DNA of 35,564 bases from Bigelowiella natans CCMP2755 (lineage: Eukaryota > Protista > Cercozoa): positions 1 to 35,564 of the forward strand of contig ADNK01000183.1 in NCBI GenBank assembly GCA_000320545.1, written 5' to 3'. Made by a program: the position numbers and the translations under genes. Within the stretch, counting starts at the first letter, position 1, and each line of letters opens with the position of its first letter. Below, piece after piece: positions 24,937 to 35,292 of this stretch. A model generated the notes under the pieces. It was not told where the DNA came from and made no database searches. It was given only the letters and a program-made list of their open reading frames with translations.

Positions 24937-27373
24937 ATGTCATTCTTCGATGCAGTAGAAACTACAGTCGCCAATACCAGGCTACTCCAGGCCCTAGAAA
25001 ATCCGGAACCTGTACAATTGAAACTGAAGAGCGAAGAAGATCTGAAGGAATATGCTCAAAGAATTAAGATGGTCCTGTCATATGACGCCCTTTACAAGGA
25101 TGTATTGGGGCATTATTATTTTGTGAAGCATCTTAAAGTAAAAGGGGTTGATTACAAGTCGAAATTCGTCGACAATGTCCACAAATTTCGAGATCTTTAT
25201 CATCCTCGTCATGATAAGGCCCAAAATATGTTGGATGATTTGAAGGAGGTTGCACGAAAACATGCAGGTAAATATTTGTGAAAAAAATATCTAAGATTTA
25301 GTAACGTTATTTTATGGCTAAGAGTTTGCAGACGTACGGGTTGAAATATGTGAAACCTCTTCATTTTCATTTAGAACAAAAATCAAGCGATGACGGATCA
25401 GGATCTGGAGACGAATCAGGTATATTCATTGAAAATATTTCAAAACTATCCTAAAGTCTGTATTTTTGGATAGGTCAAGTACAACAGATGTTCCACGTTG
25501 AAGAGATTGAGAAATCTTTGAAAGCTGGAGAAGTGAAGAGCCAGATGTTTGATGAATCTTGCAAGGAGGTAAACGGTTTCAGTGGACACCTTTCGAACAT
25601 GATAAAGAGCATTTCCTTTCATGTCGTAGGTATATGGGACTTTGGAAAGATATTATGATACTTTTTTGGACAGCAAAGAATACATGGAGTATATTCAGGT
25701 GCTCCTCATTGTAGAATGTTAAAAACTACACAGCTGATGAGAATGTCCTTTAGATCCGCGATTATTCGAAAAAGAAAGTGACTCTGGACGACTTTAGAAT
25801 TTTCCGTCCTCTTGGTAGAGGGGCGTTTGGTCTCGTATCTGTTGTTCAAAAGACAGATACGCATGCCGTTTACGCCATGAAGGAAATCATCAAGAAGAAA
25901 ATAAAGAAACTGCGTTCGGAATGGATGTGTATCAACGAAATGCGAGTTCTAGCAAAAATGAGATCGCCTTTCGTCTTAAACCTGAAGTACTCATTCCATA
26001 GCAATAAGGCACTATACATGGTTTTTGATATGTGCGATGGAGGAGATCTGAAATATCATCTCCGTTCCGGGGCTTTCTCGAAAGAGCGTTCAAGATTCTA
26101 TGCTGCAGAAGTTCTGCTAGGATTGGAACATATTCATTCATGGGATATATGCTACCGGGATTTAAAACCCGAGAACATATTATTGACAAATACAGGTGAA
26201 ACAAAAAATTATTGGCAAAAAAGTTCGAAAACTGACATCAGCCTCAACTTGTACAGGGCATGTGAAGATCTCGGATCTTGGGCTAGCCGTCAAGCTTCCC
26301 AAGTCCAAAGATAAAGTATTGAAACATTTGGCAGGAACCCCTGGTTACTGGGCTCCGGAACTTTTGGCCAAAGTTGGAACCTTCAAGCAGTCTGATTATT
26401 GGAGTTTTGGTGTTCTTCTTTATCAGATGCTCGTAGGGAGGGTAAAATTTTAAGTTTTAAGACAATCTATGCACATTTTGACCGTAAATCCATATTTGTA
26501 CAGAGAGTCCCAAACCCTCTTGATAACGACCGCTCTCGCAGTAGTCGTTCGAATAGGAAAAGGAAGACCGTAGAACCTAACGAAAAGTGGTCGCCATTCG
26601 CACGTGGAAGTTGCGAAGCAGCTGCAAAGCAGGATCCTGAGATGAAAAATATAGTCGCCACAGTCAAATACCCAGACTTTTTCGATAAGATTACTGTAGA
26701 TTTCTTGAAAAAGGTGATGTTATTTAATTTTTGACGTCTCATATTTGTATATTTATTGACACCTTTTATTATCAGATATTCACGATTGACTACAAACAAA
26801 GACTCGGTGCAAAATCGCCCGAAGAGATTAAAAATCACCCCTACTTCGGGTAAGAATTTTCGATTTTTCGTGGTTCTTTCCATGATATAAAGTTTCTCTT
26901 CACTTATAAGGTCGATATGCTGGCCTGAGATGATGCGTCTTCAAGTGAGACCGCCATTTGTTCCAGAGGTCAACAGAATTTAATTGCATGACCCAATTTT
27001 TGAATCTTAAAGTTATCTGTACTTAGAACCACGTAATTCATGCGCAAACAATAGCTGAGGTAGGAGAATTCGACAGTGCGGATTTGAAGAAGATAAAGGT
27101 ATACTGGTTAAATCAAAAGACGGATCTGTTGTGTTAACCTCAATTAATATTAGTACACGGAAGAAGATGATAACAAGTATTACAAAGATTTTGCTTATGT
27201 GAATCGAGAAGCTTTTTACGAAGAGGTATGGTACAATTCGGTCAGAAAACCACAAATATTGGATAATCATCCTGTCCATACTGTAGGTCGTTGCTGCTTT
27301 TAAGAAGGAGTTAGAGAGGCCAGACCCTGTGAAGCAAACTTCCGACGATGGAGCTTGTTGTGTTTTATCGTAG
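24937..27373 (+). CDS. G-protein-coupled receptor kinase (GRK)-like: alphaN helix + RH/RGS domain + AGC kinase + CaaX, multi-exon
   Basis: N-terminal VETTVANTRLL (GRK 'E..VAN..L'). RH-like LGHYYFVKHL…FLDSKEYMEYIQ. Kinase VTLDDFRIFRPLGRGAFGLV…YAMK…DGGDLKYHL…FYAAEVLLGLEHIH…YRDLKPENILL…GHVKISDLGLAV (GRK-typical DLG)…AGTPGYWAPE. Tail PPFVPE…IHAQTIAEVGEF…FYEEVVAAF…DDGACCVLS*. Confidence 0.92.
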
Positions 27374-27659
27374 AACAACAGGATTTAGGGAGTAATCGAT
27401 CCTCGTGAGTCTGTGCGAAGCTAAAAATTCTCAACTTTGCGCAAAAGCTTCACGTCTAAATGGTTCAGCCTAAGTTATTCGAAAATTCGTATTTTGCTCA
27501 AATTTAATGTGGATATGTGGGTCGCAAAATTGTGTACACTTTTATTCACATATGTAAATTTATGATTTTCGCATCCATCATTGTACTGCTGGATTGAGTA
27601 ATATAATAACTTGCGTTTAGCAGATCAACAAATCGAATTGTCTTTTATCGAAATCATGT

Positions 27660-28211
27660 CTATGTGTGCATTGCAAGACCCTATAAGTAGCGACATGCGC
27701 TGCGTCTGCTATGTTGTACATGTATGCTAGCAGATATCAGTCGATGTGCGAGGCAGCAGCGCCAATGAGGTGTAACAACGTAAGCTAGCGCATTTTAGCG
27801 AAATCTATAAGTCTGGTACAGCCTGAGCTCTAGCTAGCTAGAGCTACATTTTACCCGCCGTAAAGCTCACGAGCTCATTTGTGAATGTCAATTTGGGAAA
27901 TTTTTCATTCGTCCGATCTTGAAGCATCCGATCGCCACAGATATGTGCGTATGATGTAGTTTGCGGCTAGCACATGCAGCTGTTGCATGAGCGCTCTCTC
28001 ACACACAATTCGTTTAGCTAGGCTAGCACGGCAGCTTGTAGTGGCCATGCTAGCATGCATGAATGAGACAGTATTACTAGAGTAACACGCAAGATGAGGT
28101 GCCCAAGCACTAGAAGCAATCAAGCCATCATGATCATCTAGATCATTGCCTACACGAACAACACGACAATTACAGTGTGCACCCATTTATGTCTACCTGT
28201 GTACAACATCA

Positions 28212-28277
<66 letters not shown>

Positions 28278-28340
28278 GAGCGTGCAATGAAGCACGACGA
28301 GCACGCCGCACCGCATTTTTGTGCCATGAACTAGATGAAA
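27660..28340. other. Partially TpA-depleted, CTAG-rich interval between convergent 3' ends, with a (CA)n(GA)n microsatellite
   Basis: Multiple CTAG/GCTAGC words, a 20-bp palindrome at 27826-27845, and (CA)n(GA)n at ~28210-28280. Confidence 0.5.
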
Positions 28341-28580
28341 GACATCACAACAGAAACGAACAAATATAATTAAGCGCTGTGGCCGCTACTTCGCATAGCT
28401 ACATTAGGATGACAATTGAAAGAATTTAATACATTCACGGCGTCCGTCTTATACATATGTGAACTGATTATGGAGACTTTCTTTACCTAAGTGACTATCT
28501 TGAAAGAATAATTTGCGATAGCGAATAAAATCACTTTGCTAATCACTGGCTAAATATATTGATATGGAGTGTCGTATATG

Positions 28581-30460
28581 CTACAGTAGGTATCTAGGGC
28601 CGTAGAAACGAGAGACATCCAGGTAATGCGTAATAAGATATATAAGATCTCTTGACAGTCTGTGTTTCAATGCTTCTATTAACCCTAGCACTACCTCCGG
28701 CCTCTGCGCAGCATATGAGATATCGTGATAAGAAGAGGTAACAAAATATATTACGATGCAGAGAATATGTCTACCTGATGTACAAATAAATCGTCAATGC
28801 GATCCCTTGCGAAATTCTCGACTAGAACGTTTGAAGTTGAAAGATACAGAACCTGTGATGATAGGTAACTTATTAATCGTCATCCGATGCGATGTGCATG
28901 GATCCTACCTCCTTCTTAAGAAGCCGATGCTTCTCTTCCTTGTTCCATTTTGAACATTTTTTTTCGTTAGGATGAATTGACTCAAGATTGCAGTTTGTAC
29001 TGACTTCTTTCACGTCAGAACATGACGAAGGAGAAATAGGAGGTGCTGGAATTGAATCATCAAGAATATTACAAAGATTCTGGCTCGAAACTCTTAGGAG
29101 CGCCTGCCTTTTCTCAACAGCACTACTGACAGCGCGTGCGTAGGTGACCACGCGCAAACTTCCCATGAACGATCCACATGGCTCGCTTATCACGATTACA
29201 AAGCATGGTGATTTCAGGTTTATGATCTTTAGTTGTGACCGATGAAAGGAACCATGCCAGGACTCTTTGCAACAGCAAAAAATCAAAACTCAGCAAAAAA
29301 AATCAGAATACATTTTTTAATTTTTTTACCTATGTTTTTCCTCGTGGGTTACTGTGCGAGATAATTTTTTGGGTACCGTCGTCATTACTTATGAAGCTGA
29401 AACTATCCTTAGGGTGTGCAGGCCATGCTGCGTATGCAGTGTCTTCGGTGTCAAACCTCCCCGCTAGCATCATTTCGATCAGCATATTAACCGAAAGATT
29501 GCGCATTAATTCCCTGCGTAAGCATATTTGCGTGGTTTTATTCCAAAGGAATTATGCCTTCTCATATATATATATATATATATATTTAAGCATGTACATA
29601 AGAGTAAAAGGGTTTTTTTTATATTTTACTTGCACGTTGTAAATGTGTGGTGTGTAAATGGGCGTGCTGTACTATTTAAGATTGTAATAAATGTATTTGG
29701 CGTTATGATATCCGAATGTGAATCCACAATGAAGACTAAAATCAATATAGATCTCCCACTAAGTCGAGATATACCCCCACGCCGCATCGGAAAGAGCCAA
29801 ACCCGCACGTTTGACTTCTGTGAGAACCTGATCCCGGAAATTATTATAGTGTGTGGTAACTACGTCGGGTCGAAAATCTCCGTTTGGTAAGGGTAGTTCT
29901 GCCCTCAATGGAATCCATTTTCTCCTTCTCGAAACCCTGTTGTTCGAATCTGCGTCCTCAGTTGATGAGGAAGGCGAGGAAGCCCTTCCTGTTGCGATAA
30001 AGAGCAAAGGCTTTGGGGCTGTGTAGAAACGAACAAAATCTCTTGCTGCCTGAATATCAATGCATGAGTCAGAGAGTCATCACGATTAGTGCAGTTTAAA
30101 TTCTACCCGAGCACGAGTTGGCGACTGAGGAATTGCGAAGACCAGCGATTCCAACAACTCAAATTTCCCGTTCTTGACTGGCTGCTTGCGTCTACGATAG
30201 AAATTGAAATCAGTACAGCCCCCTTTCGTGCTAGTTGATCTGCCTTACGAATGCGACCAAAGTGCCGACGCCAGGCCGATGAACAGGGTCAGAACTCCGA
30301 GAATGCAACTAAAGCCTTGGTACCAAACCCAAAAGGTCAACGCAAAGCAAGATGGCAGATTCCGTTCAATCTAACCGTTGATGCTGTGCCATTGATGCAG
30401 AGCTACTGAAACAGGTATGGGAACCAGAAGACACAAAAGGCACGTGGGATCATTGAGCAT
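28581..30460 (-). CDS. Hypothetical multi-exon protein with an N-terminal hydrophobic segment; start uncertain
   Basis: Phase-consistent GT-AG splicing gives …IERNLPSCFALTFWVWYQGFSCILGVLTLFIGLASALWSHS|RKQPVKNGKFELLESLVFAIPQSPTRAR|AARDFVRFYTAPKPLLFIATG…AAWGYIST|…|ELMRNLSVNMLIEMMLAGRF…|ESWHGSFHRSQLKIINL…|VLYLSTSNVLVENFARDRIDDLFVHQ|RPEVVLGLIEALKHRLSRDLIYLITHYLDVSRFYGPRYLL*. No family recognised. Confidence 0.6.
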
Positions 30461-30559
30461 TGCTCCTTGAAATGTGATCCAGCTCGGCGGGCACGAGGGT
30501 AGCCGGATCCATCCGGTGACTCACGATGGCGTCATTGCACGTTTTTCCTCAGCTTTGGG

Positions 30560-31370
30560 AAATATTCCCTAATTTGCTCCAAACACAGGATTTGTTCCAG
30601 GAATCTTCGTCTCTCAGTAGTCTCTCCGAAGTCTCTCAGCAGCCTGACGATTTGGTGCGATGCCATTTGCGCCTGAGTTTTGGAATCGTGCCTTGTCGCA
30701 TGTTTGAAGAAGCAATGCAATTTTGACAATGCATTGAAAGATTTTTTTGAAATTTTTGCTCTCTCTGCATGAGGCAATGAAATGCAGTTCTCCTTGTGCG
30801 ATTCTCACGAAGACACGTCCCTGATGCACCTTTGGTTCTCCTGCCAAGGAACGTGCGACATCAGAGACCGTTTTTGGACCAGGATTCGTCACCTGGTGTC
30901 TCGTCACCAACCTGATGCCAATGATGACGTGGTCACGTTGCGTGCTTTCTCAGCCATGTCTTCCCATGGCAAGTTCTGCCTTGCTTTGGGGGCCACATCT
31001 GGTGTCCCTTCGACTGACAAAGAAATCGACAGGGCTTTTCGTCGAACCATTGTCCTGCTTGACAATTTTGCTGCTGTTCGGCATCCAAGATGCCAGTTTT
31101 GGTTCCAACCAATTCACATCTCAACGGCACCATCAATCGGCATCCATGCATGCCAATTTCGTGGGATGCGGCTGATTTTTTGTGTCTCTCACCAACAGGG
31201 TGCTGACAAGTCCTTGCAACGAGTGTTGTTGAGGCTCTGCTGCGTGCAAATGCCTGTCTCCCGTGTGGTTCTGGCGCACGTGGTTTTGATCAACGCTTTC
31301 TTCATTGTTCGTTGTTCATTGTTCATTGTTCTTCATCATTGTTCGTTGTTCATTGTTCATTGTTCATTGA
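30560..31370 (+). mobile_element. Probable 3' remnant of a non-LTR (LINE-type) retrotransposon, TpA-erased
   Basis: ORF 30782+ reads SLCDSHEDTSLMHLWFSC…DIRDRFW, resembling the C-terminal CCHC/zf-RVT motif (C..C…E…HL.F.C…..R..W) of LINE ORF2. It is followed by a low-complexity tail (TTCATTGTTCGTTGTTCATT…, 31300-31368) that reverts to (TTTATTA)n if TpA is restored. The first Cys is missing and frameshifts lie upstream. Confidence 0.45.
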
Positions 31371-31645
31371 AACTGGGAGTGGAGGAGTGGCCTGAGGCTG
31401 TTGAGTCCCTTGTTCCGTCTCCGGCATTTCAGATGAGTGGCCATGGTGCTCTCATCCCTCACGCAGCCTTGGAGTGTGCCTCTGATGGGTTGCAGCTGAT
31501 TTTTTGTGTCTCTTCACCAACAGGGTGCTGACAAGTCCTTGCAACGAGTGTTGAGGCTCTGCTGCGTGCAAATGCCTGTCTCCCATGTGGTTCTGGCGCA
31601 CGTGGTTTCTGATCAACGCTTTGTTCGTTGTTCATCGTTCATTGA
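31171..31645 (+). repeat. Direct repeat of ~150 bp (31171-~31325 and 31495-~31645)
   Basis: GCTGATTTTTTGTGTCTC…CAACAGGGTGCTGACAAGTCCTTGCAACGAGTG…GATCAACGCTTT occurs twice, with small indels and A/G differences. Confidence 0.93.
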
Positions 31646-32064
31646 GTCCCGTCAACAGTCAAAAACCAGCAACACCAGAGCAACCCGAACCTCCGAACCT
31701 GCCCTTCCCAGCTTTGCCAGGCGCCACTCCTGCAGCTTTGCTTTTGCAGCGCCTCCTGCTGGCCTGGCCTTCCAGCTGGCCAGCCTTGTCCAGCCTGGCA
31801 GTCGCCACTTCAATCGCCACTTGCATCGCCACCGTCACTTTGTCACTTTCTGGCTTTCCAGCTTTTCCACGCGCCACTTTTTTGCAGTGTGCAGTTTGCC
31901 AGTTCCTGCTTCCTCATCGCCAAGTCGCACAATCGAGTCGAACGCCATTGCAGTTGACAGTCACAACTTGACGACGCAAGTGAACCACGTTTTCACGCAC
32001 GAATTGACTTTCGATGCGACTTTCGTCGTTTGCACGTTGTGTGTTGTGCACGCACGACCGTGCA

Positions 32065-32102
<38 letters not shown>

Positions 32103-32361
32103 TTGCGTGCCTTCCCGACATTTTGACACTTTGGCAATTTGTCGATTCGGTGAATTGCAACGTGAGTTTGAAACTCATGCTGTCGACACCACAGCATGTT
32201 GCAGCACCATGTCTTCCAAAGCCATGTTGTCGACAATGTGCTCATGTTGTCGACAGCATGAGATTCTTGCAAACATCATCTGTTCAAAATCATCAGCAGA
32301 CACCTGTCACAATGCACTGTGATGATTCGTTGCTTTCGAAACACACATCGCATCATTTTCC

Positions 32362-32487
32362 ACATGTTGTCATTGACATTGTGAACATGAGTCACATTGT
32401 CATTGACAACACAAATGCAAGTCACATTGTCGTTGACACTTCAAGTGTGAGTCATGTTGTCGTTGACAAGTTAGTCACATTGTCGTT
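32362..32487. repeat. ~30-bp tandem repeat, 4-5 copies (AGTCAYRTTGTCRTTGACA…)
   Basis: Units agtcacattgtcattgacaacacaaatgca / agtcacattgtcgttgacacttcaagtgtg / agtcatgttgtcgttgacaagtt. Confidence 0.9.
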
Positions 32488-32488
32488 G

Positions 32489-32528
<40 letters not shown>

Positions 32529-32670
32529 CATCCTCATTCTTGCACCCCCACTGTCAACACAGCCCCCCCCCCCCCACTGCCGTCACCTTTTCCTGAAGAG
32601 CAAGAACTGGAAGAGTGCAGAAAATGCCACAATCGTCGTGCATGCCTGTGGTGCAGACGCACAGAGAGAG

Positions 32671-32708
<38 letters not shown>

Positions 32709-32846
32709 GTCGTCAGCGCATTGCCTCACTTTCGAGATTCTGCTTCGAGCTCTCCCTGAAGCGTTTGCTGCTGCTGTTGCCATCTTTGCCACTGTCGTCA
32801 TTCCTGACCCAGCTTTCAACAATGCCGTCCTAGGTAGTCACATCAA

Positions 32847-32904
32847 CACATGTGTGTGCATGCATGCACATGTGTGCATGTGCATGTGCACATGCATGTG
32901 CACA
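32847..32904. repeat. Fossil (TA)n microsatellite: 29 in-phase dinucleotides, all CA or TG
   Basis: Parsed from 32847: 13 CA + 16 TG in irregular order, with no TA and no CG. Confidence 0.8.
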
Positions 32905-34082
32905 TTGCACATGCCTCCTGTGTTTCTTCTTGGTGGGGGGGGGGGGGGGGGGGAGAGAAACAGACTTGTCATGGCTTGTCAAGGCCATCGACGTGACCGA
33001 CTGCTAATGACATTGCGCGTTGGCGCTTGAAACGACAATTTCTACTTTGCCATGATTGCACACAAGGCTGCAAAGTTCACAGGGAGCTTGGTGTCTGAGA
33101 TGATCTACCTCATGAAGAACAGGTTGGGTCAACCCAGTTTTCTTGTTCAAGAGTTCCACTTCGACAATGGTGACAACATGCATTGTGCCAATTGTTCGCA
33201 GAATTGCAGATGCAGCTACCGGGATCCCTCTTCTAGAAACGGTGAAGCAGGATTGCATGTGCGCAAAAACTGGGATGTGCTTTGCTTCTTGCCTGATGAT
33301 TGATTTGTGATGCAGACCATCGAGCCATTGCCATCATTGTGATCGCATGACTCGATCACTCCCTTGACGCACTTGCTCATTTCAGGCAGTGAACAAGTGT
33401 GTTTGCAAAGGCAGCAACAGCAATTCCAGTGAAGATCAAAAAGCAGCCCAGTCCATGTCAGACATCGATGCACCGGAGCGCAAAGATCGTGATGGCGCTT
33501 CTCCTGGAGAAGAGCGTAGCCAATGACAATGGCAGAGGAGAAGCTCGAATTTTGAACAAACAGTTGCGTCCATTGTTCTCGCATCAAGGGGTTTTGATTT
33601 TCATGTGCTTGTCCATGCATGTCATCTGTTTTGAAAAGCAAGTGATCATGACACTTCATTGGTCACGGCTGAACGCAATGCCCTGGTGCCCATCTAGCTG
33701 TGCCAGTGTGCTCATGCGGGGTGAACGCCACGCGAGCATGGAACACAAACGCGAAGCAATGAGGCAGCATTTGCGGCCCGGCGGCGCGAGGTGACACACA
33801 CACTAGCAGTGTCGATGACAAACGGATCACTTTCGAAGCCGGTGATCAATGCAACCAAATGCATGTACTTCGCTCTGTTGCGATTGTCACACCTAGACAT
33901 GCACATCGCATCATTGCAACTACGAAAATGCAATGTGCAGACTGCACATGCTGTCCTAGCATCATTCAATGTCACACTGTCATGTGCGTCACAAGTGCCA
34001 TCTGCTGCCATGGCGAACATGCACGCTTTGCGTGACTCCCCGAGAGGGTTGCAACCACCGAGACTCAACTTAGCAATGATCT

Positions 34083-34792
34083 TCACTCACCTTTCCTAGG
34101 TTTCTTCGAGAAGAAATCGTTGATGCCACTCTGCGATGTCTCCCGTTTTTTCTTCTTTCCTCGTTTTTGGACACCTGTGTGCATTGTTTGCCCATCAGAT
34201 TCGAATCCAAAACTGTCATTTGTGGGGGTTTTTGGGGTTTGATGTGAAATGTGATTTGAAAGGGTTAGTTGTGGCGTGCTAGAGAAGAACATCATCATCG
34301 ATGTTCTCGACATCAATCGTGATGATGCGCAAGGTTTCATCTTCGTCTTCACCACTTTCACCAACACATTTTGGCGCTTCTGCTGCTGCCAGAGGCGGAG
34401 GTAGCAATCTTCTCTGGATTTCCCACAGCCTTCTCCCTCATCTTCATCTCTGGCTTGTGCTGCCCGTCCTCATCATCATCATCATCATCATCGTCGTTGT
34501 CGCCGTTGTCGTCACCATCTTCATCATCATCATCGTCGTTGTCGTCGTTGTCGTCACCATCTTCTTCGTCTCGCTCGCGATTTGTCTTTCCAGGAGCCGG
34601 TGTTTCCTCTTCTCCTCCTCTTTCTTCTTGGGCTGCTTGAATGGAGCTGCCGCATTCCTTTCCCCCACTGAGAACGCTGTCCCCATCACCATCGTCGTCG
34701 TTGTCATCATCCTCATTGTCCTCATCATCCTCTTTGTCATCATCAGGATCCTCGTCACTGTCGTCGCCCGTGCCCTGCGCGCAGTGTCGATT

Positions 34793-34828
<36 letters not shown>

Positions 34829-35113
34829 TGTCTTGCTGCGTGATGCATGTGCGTGTGTGTGTGTGTTCAAGGGAGAGGGGGGGGGGGGGGGGAAAGTGGA
34901 GAGGAGAGGGAAAAAGTCAAACTTGAACTTTGTGCAGAGAAGTGGGAGATGTGGCAAATGAAGCAATGCTGTGAGCAGTCCCTTTCTCACCTCATCGGAT
35001 TCCTGAGAAGACAGCAGCAACCGAGAGCTGGAACCCAATGATGATCCAATCGACCACACAATCAATCATCATTGTGATGGTTGATGATGGCAATTGGCTT
35101 CAAGAAAACGCTC

Positions 35114-35165
<52 letters not shown>

Positions 35166-35249
35166 CCTCCCTCCCACTGTCTCAATGGAAAAGTTCCATC
35201 AGTGCAACAAACGTCTGGCCCTCACATCCCCCATCATTCCCCCCACTTC

Positions 35250-35292
<43 letters not shown>

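Noticed and set aside
11842-27373. MOB1 + cNMP kinase + GRK as a functional signalling cluster
   Set aside because: They are interspersed with unrelated genes, and nothing in the sequence indicates co-regulation; likely chance.
32362-32487. CRISPR-like repeat array
   Set aside because: Eukaryotic context, ~30-bp total period with related rather than unique spacers, and no cas genes.
33030-33530. Possible + strand exons (DNFYFAMIAHKAAKF…; AVNKCVCKG…)
   Set aside because: No coherent splice model or recognisable family, and open frames are expected by chance in TpA-erased DNA.
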